Source: an uncultured archaeon (lineage in GTDB: Archaea; Asgardarchaeota; Lokiarchaeia; Helarchaeales; HEL-GB-B). From it: DNA of 22,290 nt. Below are positions 8,433 through 16,785 of this stretch, one piece after another. The DNA is taken from the NCBI GenBank assembly GCA_964646355.1, contig CAZYEE010000025.1, forward strand, positions 1-22,290, written 5' to 3'. Position 1 is the stretch's first letter, and each line of letters begins with the position of its first letter. The translations under genes were made by a program, and so were the position numbers. Under the pieces are notes generated by a model. The model had not been told where the DNA came from, did not search any database, and was given only the letters and a program-made list of their open reading frames with translations.

Positions 8433-9095
8433 TTTTTCAGATCCTATTTTAATTGAGGCACTTATTTTTAGTTAATCCTTCTAATTGTAATTTTTTTCTT
8501 ATATTGTTATAATTTCTATTCTTATATTAAATAATCAATAAACTATTAAATAATTAATATATTCTGTCATTAAAATTTTGATTTTCATGTAATAAAATTT
8601 TTTTCAAATTATTTCAATTATCAACTCTTAATTATTTTTCTGAGTATTTTTTCCATTAAATTTGAAAAAGAATTGGTTATAATAATATTTTCTATCCTTT
8701 TATTTACTCAATAATATTCAGTCTCATAAAATGATCATATTTAATAATTATTGATGACTCTTGTTTTGATTCATATTATATTTTGTAATCTGGATACTAC
8801 CTTATACTGTAATTATATTCTCTATTTCTTCCTCCAATTTATTTTTCAAACTTGAGTGCTCTCCTAAAAAATATATCGCCATAATGCTAAAATTTAAAAA
8901 TTTTTATTCAACTAAATTTAATAAAAATTATGAATTCCAAATATGGATATTAAATTTATCAAGTTAATCAAAGTTTATATCTTTCATCATTAATCCTTCA
9001 CAATATTCAATAAAAATTAACTAGATTATGAAGAGTTATTGTAGATTTGGAAGATATTTCCTAAATAGGTTTGGAAATGGTGAAGGAAATAGATA

Positions 9096-9102
9096 GGTGA
9101 TC
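9096..9102 (+). promoter_or_regulatory. Shine-Dalgarno-like GGTGATC ahead of the proposed dnaG TTG start
   Basis: ggtgatc (9096-9102) is complementary to the conserved archaeal 16S 3' end (..GAUCACC..). It lies 4 nt upstream of TTG 9107. Confidence 0.45.
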
Positions 9103-9106
9103 AAAT

Positions 9107-10385
9107 TTGACTAATAAAAATTATAACGATTATACTACAACTAAGTATTTAATTACTGCCCAAATAGTGGTCGAAGGTATTGTAGAAAACTTATTTAATA
9201 GTCAATCTATGACTAAGTCTACACAAACCGGATGTGGTTGGAGCCCTATTTGGGCAAACAGAAGGTTTATTGGGTGAAGAACTAGATTTAAGGGAATTAC
9301 AAAGAACCGGCCGTATTGGTAGAATTCAGGTAAATATTGAATCAAATGCTGGAAGATCGGAAGGTCAAATAATAATACCTTCCAGTTTAAACAGAATTGA
9401 AACTTCGATACTTGCCTCCGCAATTGAAACAGTAGACCGTGTAGGTCCATGTGCGGCTAAAATCACCTTAAAACATATCGAGGATATTAGAGAAACCAAA
9501 CGTCGGAAAATAATTCAAAGAGCAGCTGATATCCTAAAGCGGTGGGAGGCCGAAGTTATCCCTGAAAGTCAAGAAATCTCAAGCAGAGTCTTAGAAGAAA
9601 TAAAGACAGGTGAAATTCTTAAATATGGGCCAGATAAACTTCCAGCGGGCCCAGACATTGAAAAAAGCGACGAAATTATTATTGTCGAAGGTAGGGCAGA
9701 TGTTCTTAACTTACTCAGATGTGGGATCGCCAATACCATCGCGGTCCAAGGAACTAATATCCCAAAAAGTATCATCGATATCACCAAAGGTAAAAAAGTC
9801 ACTGTGTTTTTTGATGACGACAGGGGCGGAGAACTAATTCTTAAGGAAATAAAACAGCTTATTAAAATTGACTACATTATTAAATCAATTGAGGGTAAAA
9901 GCGTTGAAGAACTTACTAAAAAGGAAATTTTTAAGTGCCTAAAGAATAAAAAACCATTTAAAGATGAAGCAGAACCAAAAGCTAAAGAAAAAGAAATATC
10001 TAAACAAAAGAAGCCCAAAAAAGAGCCCAAAATAAAAAAGAAAGGTAAAAAACAAGACCTTAAAAAGCAGCCAAAGACCGCCATCAAGGTTAATCATAAA
10101 TTGGTAAATGCTGCCTCTGAAATTAAAGGTTCATTGACTTCTAAGATTTTCGACAAAAATTTTAACATTATTGAAGAAATCGGAGTTATGGAACTTGCCG
10201 AAAGACTTAATGAGATCGATCAACCAATTAAAGCCATTGTTTTTGACGGTGTCGCAACACAACGGCTCCTTGACATTGCTGAATCCAAGGGAGTTGACAC
10301 AATTATCTGTGCTAAAATCAGCAAAATCACTAAAAAACCACATAATATTAATATCATAACTTTCCAACAATTAAATTTAAATTAG
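9107..10385 (+). CDS. dnaG: Archaeal DnaG primase/exosome-associated TOPRIM protein, reading frame interrupted near codon 27
   Basis: Downstream part (track ORF 9234-10385): ALFGQTEGLLGEELDLRELQRTGRIGRI, IIIPSSLNRIETSILASAIETVDRVGP, YGPDKLPAGPD, TOPRIM IIIVEGRADVLNLLRCGIANTIAVQG...FFDDDRGGELI, and C-terminal IVFDGVATQRLLDIA. The missing conserved N-terminus TKYLITAQIVVEGIVE is encoded upstream in another frame (9140-9187), which opens at 9101 with TTG 9107. The two frames are separated by about 37 nt. Confidence 0.85.
9188..9224 (+). other. 37-nt frame-breaking insertion inside dnaG that folds as a stem-loop
   Basis: Deleting 9188-9224 joins ..GIVE to KPDVVGALFGQTEG, reproducing the conserved archaeal DnaG motif (..EG.VEKPDV.GA.FGQTEG). 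tgtaga (9181-9186) pairs with tctaca (9218-9223). aaa (9187-9189) is a 3-nt bulge. ctta (9190-9193) pairs with taag (9214-9217). atag (9198-9201) pairs with ctat (9207-9210). Confidence 0.6.
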
Positions 10386-10453
10386 ACTTTTTCATTTCAT
10401 ATTTAAAATCTATTTATTAATCTATTACCTTATTAAGATGGAGTATTATTGGA

Positions 10454-11131
10454 ATGAACGAAGAAGATCTATTAATACCACGAGATGATTACCTTGCAGC
10501 TGGTATTCATATCGGTACTCAAATAAAAAGCGCTGATATGAACCAGTTCATCTATAGAATCACTCGAACAGGATTGTATGTAATCGATATTAGGAAGACC
10601 GACTATCGTCTGCGTGTCGCTGCCAAGTTCATCGCTAGATTCGACCCCAGTAAGGTCATCGTGGTGAGTAGCCGACGTTATGGACATAAACCAGTTTCAA
10701 AATTTTGCGAAATTACCAAAACAAACCCAATTGTTGGTAGGTTTATTCCAGGCACACTCACTAATCCCTCAGCAAAAAAATATGTACAGGCTGAACTCGC
10801 AGTCATCTCAGACCCAAGAGCAGATAAACACGCCCTTTCTGAGGCGAAAAAGACCCGTATTCCCGTTGTCTCATTTTGCGATACCGATAATAATACCTCA
10901 AATGTTGATTTAATAATTCCTGCCAATAATCGTGGCAGAAAAGCACTCGCCCTATTATTCTGGATTCTTGCACGTCAGGTACTCCTTGAAAGAGGTCTTA
11001 TCAAGGATACCACTGAATTCCAATATCCTCTCGACGATTTCTACACTCAAGGTAGAATTCTATTTCAACCTGACCGCATGCTGGACGAATATGAACGCAG
11101 ACGTGGTAGAAGAAGAAAAAAAGGACGATAA
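10454..11131 (+). CDS. rps2: 30S ribosomal protein uS2
   Basis: LLIPRDDYLAAGIHIGTQ, LYVIDIRKTDYRLRVAAKFIA, IVGRFIPGTLTNP, AVISDPRADKHALSEAKKTRIPVVSFCDTDN and IPANNRGRKALALLFWILAR match archaeal/eukaryotic-type S2/SA. There is a basic RRRGRRRKKGR tail. Confidence 0.9.
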   Translation: MNEEDLLIPRDDYLAAGIHIGTQIKSADMNQFIYRITRTGLYVIDIRKTDYRLRVAAKFIARFDPSKVIVVSSRRYGHKPVSKFCEITKTNPIVGRFIPGTLTNPSAKKYVQAELAVISDPRADKHALSEAKKTRIPVVSFCDTDNNTSNVDLIIPANNRGRKALALLFWILARQVLLERGLIKDTTEFQYPLDDFYTQGRILFQPDRMLDEYERRRGRRRKKGR

Positions 11132-11347
11132 ATATTTCAAATCCTTATGAATATTATAATTTTGTAATTATTATTTATTACAATTTACCAATATCATTCT
11201 TGTTTTAAGCATTATTTTATAATATTTGTTTATAATATGTATTTTAATTTTTTTTTAAAATCAATTTAAGCTCACTTTTATTTTTCTTGTTTAAAAACAC
11301 CCAATTTTCATGATACATCCCGATCCTATATTAGAAAGTCTTATTAG

Positions 11348-12769
11348 TTAAAAGGGAGATTGCGGTGCTACCATCCTTCTCTTTATTTTATATTTAAATT
11401 TCTGTAGCATTGTCATTTTCGAATTACAAGCCTCATATAATTCATCCAATCCTATAGCATCCCAATATAATGGACATGCACCTTCACATAAATTAAAATA
11501 TTCGCATTTTTTACATATAGGTCTTGCATACTCTTTAGATCTCCAATATAATGCCGATTTATTTGACCAAATCTCCTTGAAATCCTGTTTAAGTAAATTA
11601 CCTATACCTGTTTTGAACGAAGAACAAGGAAGAACATCTCCCGAAGGAGAAACACTTAATAGACCTTGACACGCTGCACAACTTTTTAAATCTAAATTTA
11701 GAGAGATTGGGTGAAAATATTTATAACATAATGGAGAATACCAGATAAATCTGATATTTTTGTCTACAGCATGATAATATACTTCTTTTATATATTTTCC
11801 AATCTCACTATATTTTACCATAACTTTTTCCGTTTCCTTTAAAGAAGAACCCGTATATATAACCATATTCATTGAAAAATATTCCATTTTAAGCTCATCT
11901 TTTAAAAAGTCTACGAGGTTTATTAGGTCATGAAGATTCATTTTATTAATTGTGGTATTTGTGTGGACATTTATTCCCAAAGATTTTAGATTCAAGATCC
12001 CATTAACCGTATCCTCAAACGACCCCTTTTTTCCAGTAATTGCATCATGAATTTTATGATTGCTCCCTTCAAGCGAAATTTGAGCACTATGAAGCCCCGC
12101 TTCGACTAATCTCCTTGAATAGTTATGGTCTTTACATTTGCGCCCATTGGATATTAAATTCACTCTCATTCCAAGTTTTCGAGCATATTTTATATATAAA
12201 GGAAGCTCCTTGACAAGAGTAGGCTCTCCCCCAGTGAAAGAAATACTCGGTACCTTGGCATCCCACCTTATTATGGAAATTATTTTTTTGATTTTATCAG
12301 GCGGTAGTTCTTTAGTTTTTTTATACGGTGAACTATCTGAATAACAAAATACACACTTATTATTACATCGATATGTAAGTGCTATCTCTGATAAGACAGG
12401 ATAAAATAATTTCTTTGATTTGAATGGGATCAATTCAACATTATCATGTTGATAATAAATTGGACAACCAGATACTACCGCCCTTAGATCGGCAATAAAA
12501 TCGAAAATATCTCTTTTTATTTGATCAACAGATATTTGGTATTTAGCATGAATCTCATTAATTACCTCATCATTGGTAGCCCCTGCGAGATATTTTTTTA
12601 AAATTAGAACCCCTAAATCATTAAGATGATGAACTTTCATGGGTCTTAAGATTAGAGTTTTGTCTTCCTCTCTCACATATAAATAATCCTTAATCTTTTG
12701 TATATATTCAGGTATCCACTCAAGATCTATCTCATTATTATTAGTAATTGATTGTTCCATCTCATTCAC
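11348..12769 (-). CDS. Radical SAM/SPASM-domain enzyme with an N-terminal PqqD-like (RiPP recognition element) domain; putative peptide/protein maturase
   Basis: CxxxCxxC is CNNKCVFC (Cys135/139/142, nt 12344-12367). SISFTGGEPTL is the SAM-binding GGE motif. The C-terminal Cys cluster CAACQGLLSVSPSGDVLPCSSF...PICKKCEYFNLCEGACP is typical of SPASM auxiliary Fe-S domains. Residues about 35-100 (LILRPMKVHHLNDLGVLILKKYLAGATNDEVINEIHAKYQISVDQIKRDIFDFIADL) follow the PqqD/RRE winged-helix pattern. Confidence 0.85.
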   Translation of the reverse strand: MNEMEQSITNNNEIDLEWIPEYIQKIKDYLYVREEDKTLILRPMKVHHLNDLGVLILKKYLAGATNDEVINEIHAKYQISVDQIKRDIFDFIADLRAVVSGCPIYYQHDNVELIPFKSKKLFYPVLSEIALTYRCNNKCVFCYSDSSPYKKTKELPPDKIKKIISIIRWDAKVPSISFTGGEPTLVKELPLYIKYARKLGMRVNLISNGRKCKDHNYSRRLVEAGLHSAQISLEGSNHKIHDAITGKKGSFEDTVNGILNLKSLGINVHTNTTINKMNLHDLINLVDFLKDELKMEYFSMNMVIYTGSSLKETEKVMVKYSEIGKYIKEVYYHAVDKNIRFIWYSPLCYKYFHPISLNLDLKSCAACQGLLSVSPSGDVLPCSSFKTGIGNLLKQDFKEIWSNKSALYWRSKEYARPICKKCEYFNLCEGACPLYWDAIGLDELYEACNSKMTMLQKFKYKIKRRMVAPQSPF

Positions 12770-12824
12770 ATTTTAAGATTTTCATTATTTTTTATTCCAA
12801 TATACTTGAAATAATCCAACAAAC

Positions 12825-13883
12825 TCATTTTGCATCCTCAACATGCTCAAAAATATTGTTCATAAGATTCAATGCTTTTTTATAAAGTAAATTTAATTGT
12901 GAAATCGATATTACTGGAACTTCAGTTGTATTACTTGGTATATCATATCTGACCACTACCACCGATTCATTGGGTGAATATGGCGTTTCAAAAATAATGG
13001 GCCATTTAAATCTTGGATATGAAGAAAATAATCTTCTTAATAAAGACTTTTTCTTTTTGGGTTTGTTTTTCGGTAGATATTCATCAACATTCGGAATCTC
13101 TTTTTTATCTAATACTAGAACACAATACGGATATAGTATATCACTAACTGAAATCTGTACTAATAAACATTTAAAACCAACTTTTTCAAGTTTAGGTCTT
13201 AATATAATAATTTTATCAATAGAAAAGACAAAATAATCTCCATATACTCTTATTTTTATTAAAAATCGTAAATCTGATTCCTTATATAAATAATTTTTAT
13301 AAAAATTTATAAGAAAATTAGTATCTTTTGAAAACGAGATCTTTTTCGATAATATACTATAACCCGATATTACTCCAATCGAAATTCCTACTATAAATAT
13401 TATAAATGAGAAAAATGATATCCATCCGATATTAAATACAATGTTAACTCCAAGTTCAAAACATGCCAAAACCATAAAAAGTAATAGAAACGAACCAGTT
13501 ATTATGATCAATATAAAAATTGGTATTTCGATTTTTTCTTTATGCTGGTCTTTACATATTTTACAGATCTCTTCAAATTCACTTATCGATATATTATATT
13601 CCCTTCTAATATTTTTTAATTTTTTAAAATTGAAAAACTTAATTCTTGTAATATTTATTCCCATGTATATTGAAATTCCCAATAAAAATATATACATTAT
13701 AATAAATATTATCAGATTATATGACAAGTAAACCTGAATTATGTTGAATCCTAAAAAGCTAATTAGAAAATACGCTAATCTGATAAATCTTCTTTTAGTT
13801 ACAAATGCTGATAAATCTTTATTTTTCCCGGTTTTTTTTCTTGATTCTAAATTCGTATTTTCAACCTTCAATTTAACCAACAA
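12825..13883 (-). CDS. Hypothetical polytopic membrane protein (middle gene of the ACHx operon)
   Basis: 352-aa ORF with at least 4 strongly hydrophobic helices (YFLISFLGFNIIQVYL, IIFIIMYIFLLGISIYMGI, IFILIIITGSFLLLFMVLACF, ISFFSFIIFIVGISIGVISGY) and a soluble C-terminal part of about 150 aa. The track start is TTG, so the start is uncertain. No family recognised. Confidence 0.6.
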   Translation of the reverse strand: MLVKLKVENTNLESRKKTGKNKDLSAFVTKRRFIRLAYFLISFLGFNIIQVYLSYNLIIFIIMYIFLLGISIYMGINITRIKFFNFKKLKNIRREYNISISEFEEICKICKDQHKEKIEIPIFILIIITGSFLLLFMVLACFELGVNIVFNIGWISFFSFIIFIVGISIGVISGYSILSKKISFSKDTNFLINFYKNYLYKESDLRFLIKIRVYGDYFVFSIDKIIILRPKLEKVGFKCLLVQISVSDILYPYCVLVLDKKEIPNVDEYLPKNKPKKKKSLLRRLFSSYPRFKWPIIFETPYSPNESVVVVRYDIPSNTTEVPVISISQLNLLYKKALNLMNNIFEHVEDAK

Positions 13884-13937
13884 ACTCTATTTATAACCCT
13901 ATAAAATATTGTGATGAAATTAACGATTAAATTCAAA

Positions 13938-15758
13938 TTAATGACCTCCTGAAACACAAGCTCCATGACATGCACCGTGGCAAGCCGCATGACAAGCTGC
14001 ATGACACGCATTATGGCACGCATTATGACATGCATTGTGGCACGCATTATGACACGCCGAATGACATGCGCTTGGAGAAAAATGTACTGGAGATGCTGAA
14101 TAGGCTGTATATGAACGGGAATAATAGAATGGATACCAGATTTTTTCTACACTTTGTAAAGCATATCGATAAGTTAATTCATCATACTCCTCATATCTCT
14201 CCTTCTCCAATTTCTCCTTTAATTCAGGGTCTATTTGTTTTAGATTTTTAATAAAATCCATCAACCAAAAAGGAGGTCTTACACCTTTTAATTCAAGGTT
14301 TTTTAATTTTTCATCATGTTCTTCATCAATATATAACCATAACCACAACCAATTTCCGTTCTCATCGAATTTATTCCAGTATCTATTTGCTCTTTCAATA
14401 TTATCGCTCTCATTTTCGATGCTATTCCATATATCCTGTATTTTAGAACGATAAAATTCTGCAGTTTTCTCAAAATCTGCATCTATAACCTTAATCTGTA
14501 TATTTTCAGCCAGAACCTTAATAACAGATTCAATGCTTTCTTTTGTTATCTTTTTTCCATCTAATAATGAATTCAACAATTTCGTCTCATAATATGGAGG
14601 CTCCTTCAAGTTATAAAGATACAATCTTAAAATGATAGGGTCTTTATCTAATATCTCTATAACCCCTCTTCTATACAGGTCCATTATTATGAGGTTTAAA
14701 ATTTTTACCACGGGCAAATCTAAAAAGAAGGCTGCCTCAATAGGGTCCAAATCTTTTATAATGTTTCCAGGTATTCCCAAGGTTTCTAATTTAATTTTTG
14801 GTTTTTCATACATATATGATTTATTTATAATGGATATAAGTAGTTTTTTAGGTGTTTTTATAGAATTTTCTTTAATAATTTTTTTCCTTTTTACTCGAAC
14901 TATCTTGTCATCTCTATAAACTAAAAATATGGATACAATTATCAATCCTAATCCTATACTCACTGCCATCAATATTAATACATAATACATCGAGACGTCT
15001 GAAAACACATTAGGATTAGTGTAAAATGAGAATTCAAAATGAAAATATGGAGGTGCGTTGTATTTTACCATGTTAACATTCAGATAATGTAGACCGTTTG
15101 ACGGATTTACATAATTATCAGACCAGATGACTTCATCATATGTAGTGGTCAAACTTTCTTCCGTTAGTATTCCGTACCGGTCAAAAAATGCCTGATCGAT
15201 TGTATCCTCTGGTCCAACTATTATCGGAAAAATTACACGAACGGATTCTACTGGAATTTCTTGTGCCCATTGAGTTGGTGCCCAATGAAATACTGCAAGT
15301 GCTCCAGGTCCATTTGGATTATCTATAAAATCAATAATGGGATTTACCGTCTCATAAACAACAATAAAAGTAACAGTACACCCGGCGCTAATTCTTTCAC
15401 CTGTACTGATATCAAACCAAATTAAATTAATATCTGAGGGATCGGGATAATGTCTAATGTTATATACTCTACCATCATTGACATAAATCTTATTTTCATC
15501 TTCCTTAAAAATTCTGGGCTCAGGAATCTTGATTGATATCCCTAGCAAAGAACCGTATGAAATAATCAAACTGATATTGTATCTAACTACCGCAACCCCA
15601 TTACTTTTTAAAATTACTTGAACAACTTGATGATTTAAATAAAACTTTACATCTCTATAATCGGCTCCTATTTTTAGAGCCCTACTCTGGTATACTGGCA
15701 TGAAAATTAGTAGCATAAAAAGTATTAAACATAATGATAGTTTAACATCTTTATTCAT
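13938..15758 (-). CDS. Signal-peptide/single-TM membrane protein with a C-terminal (Ala-Cys-His-x) tandem-repeat tail
   Basis: 606 aa. It has an N-terminal hydrophobic leader (LSLCLILFMLLIFMPVYQS), a domain of about 250 aa, one TM (YYVLILMAVSIGLGLIIVSIFLVY) and a cytoplasmic region of about 290 aa. It ends SPS-ACHS-ACHN-ACHN-ACHN-ACHN-ACHA-ACHA-ACHG-ACHG-ACVS-GGH-stop. The overall layout, including LDPIEAAFFLDLPVVKILNLIIMDLYRRGVIEI after the TM, is reminiscent of DUF2207-type membrane proteins (unverified). Confidence 0.75.
   Translation of the reverse strand: MNKDVKLSLCLILFMLLIFMPVYQSRALKIGADYRDVKFYLNHQVVQVILKSNGVAVVRYNISLIISYGSLLGISIKIPEPRIFKEDENKIYVNDGRVYNIRHYPDPSDINLIWFDISTGERISAGCTVTFIVVYETVNPIIDFIDNPNGPGALAVFHWAPTQWAQEIPVESVRVIFPIIVGPEDTIDQAFFDRYGILTEESLTTTYDEVIWSDNYVNPSNGLHYLNVNMVKYNAPPYFHFEFSFYTNPNVFSDVSMYYVLILMAVSIGLGLIIVSIFLVYRDDKIVRVKRKKIIKENSIKTPKKLLISIINKSYMYEKPKIKLETLGIPGNIIKDLDPIEAAFFLDLPVVKILNLIIMDLYRRGVIEILDKDPIILRLYLYNLKEPPYYETKLLNSLLDGKKITKESIESVIKVLAENIQIKVIDADFEKTAEFYRSKIQDIWNSIENESDNIERANRYWNKFDENGNWLWLWLYIDEEHDEKLKNLELKGVRPPFWLMDFIKNLKQIDPELKEKLEKERYEEYDELTYRYALQSVEKIWYPFYYSRSYTAYSASPVHFSPSACHSACHNACHNACHNACHNACHAACHAACHGACHGACVSGGH
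13941..14069 (-). repeat. 12-nt-period coding tandem repeat encoding (A-C-H-x) x9 plus ACVS-GGH
   Basis: Coding-strand codons read gca tgt cat tcg / gcg tgt cat aat / gcg tgc cac aat / gca tgt cat aat / gcg tgc cat aat / gcg tgt cat gca / gct tgt cat gcg / gct tgc cac ggt / gca tgt cat gga / gct tgt gtt tca / gga ggt cat taa. Confidence 0.9.
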
Positions 15759-16293
15759 AAAATCTATCCATCCATCTCCTTAATTCACCAAACTATCTTT
15801 TTATATTGATCCTTTTGTATGATTTACGTATATTATCAAGTAAACCGCAATGACCCTATTTGAATCAATTATATCGATAGAATCGCATTCTCTTATTGAT
15901 AGTTAATCATACAATGCCCAAATCAATTAAAATATATGGTCTATAGGATTAAAAAATCTTTTTCATATATTCATATGGTTTCCATTTTTTTCATATGACA
16001 ATAAGAATGAAATACTTTCAATAAAAATACAGCTTCAATAGGGTTTTGTGCTTGCGATGAACATGGAAATATACATCACACACAGCTTGTTGAATCTTAA
16101 AGTATATAGGAAATAAAAATAATATTAAAGAGGAATATCATAAATGCTATGTATTTCCATAAAAAAATAGATAATTTACGGATTTAAATCATTGTGCTAT
16201 TGAAATCGCTTCTAAATGGTTTTATCGACATGGTTTTTATGGTATTTTAACTAGATTCCCTTAGTAGTATTTTCTAACTTTATTTCATAAATT

Positions 16294-16785
16294 TTAATCC
16301 ACTGAATAGCCCAACTTCTTAACAAGCTCTCTCCTTTGTTTTTTTTCATCTTCAGTCTCGATTTTATTAACCGCAGTTCCATCCACCGCTCCTATAACAC
16401 ATCTTCCTAAATCCGTCTCACAAACCACTATCTGAACGGGGTTTGCCGTCGCCACATATATATTGCATACCCCTACAACATCCTTAATATTTTTCATCAC
16501 ATTTATTGGAAATGCACCTTCAATAAATATGACAAATATATGACTGGCACCTATTTTTAACGCGTTCTCTGCCGCTAATTTACCTAATCTGTCATCATTC
16601 GCATTGTACCTTACCAACTTTGGCTGCGCCTCGTTCATCGCGACCCCCACTTTTATTCCAGGCACCGCTGTAATTAAACTCATATACAAATCGTCCACTG
16701 TAAATATTGAAAAATTTGCTTGCCCTATTATCACATTATCTTTATCCTCTTTCTCAATATCTATAACTTTTATCTCATTTTTCAA
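16294..16785 (-). CDS. Adenosine-specific-kinase-family (PAE2307-like) protein
   Basis: 163 aa. GQANFSIFTVDDLYMSLITAVPGIKVGVAMNEA...LVRYNANDDRL..LAAENALKIGASHIFVIFIEGAFPINVMKNIKDVVGVCNIYVATANPVQIVVCETDLGRCVIGAVDG...RRELVKKLGY follows, from memory, the conserved pattern of the small archaeal 'adenosine specific kinase' family. Its start overlaps the upstream rSAM gene by 11 nt. Confidence 0.6.
   Translation of the reverse strand: MKNEIKVIDIEKEDKDNVIIGQANFSIFTVDDLYMSLITAVPGIKVGVAMNEAQPKLVRYNANDDRLGKLAAENALKIGASHIFVIFIEGAFPINVMKNIKDVVGVCNIYVATANPVQIVVCETDLGRCVIGAVDGTAVNKIETEDEKKQRRELVKKLGYSVD

Noticed and set aside
8745-8800. C/D-box sRNA (tgatga at about 8752)
   Set aside because: No properly spaced D, D' or C' boxes were found (downstream there is ctgg, not ctga), and there are no terminal complementary ends.
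8433-9106. Replication origin next to dnaG
   Set aside because: No repeated ORB-like inverted repeats were seen, and there is no adjacent orc1/cdc6. The AT-richness alone is not diagnostic in this genome.
9234-9236. GTG at 9234 as the dnaG start (as in the ORF track)
   Set aside because: Homology to the DnaG N-terminus continues upstream in this frame (KPD at 9225-9233) and then in another frame (TKYLITAQIVVEGIVE). The GTG falls inside the conserved PDVVGA motif, so it is an artefact of the frame break.
9569-11150. Short ORFs overlapping dnaG and rps2 on either strand (9569-9802, 9610-9837, 9872-10087, 10131-10370, 10171-10359, 10472-10687, 10678-10926, 10680-10913, 10932-11150)
   Set aside because: All are nested in or antisense to two confidently identified genes. 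They are typical spurious frames.
13970-14251. + strand 93-aa ORF with its own HD/HY-type repeat (HDKLHDTHYGTHYDMHCGTHYD)
   Set aside because: It is the antisense reading of the ACHx repeat and lies entirely inside the 606-aa minus-strand gene. Its periodicity simply mirrors the 12-nt repeat. There is no independent start context.
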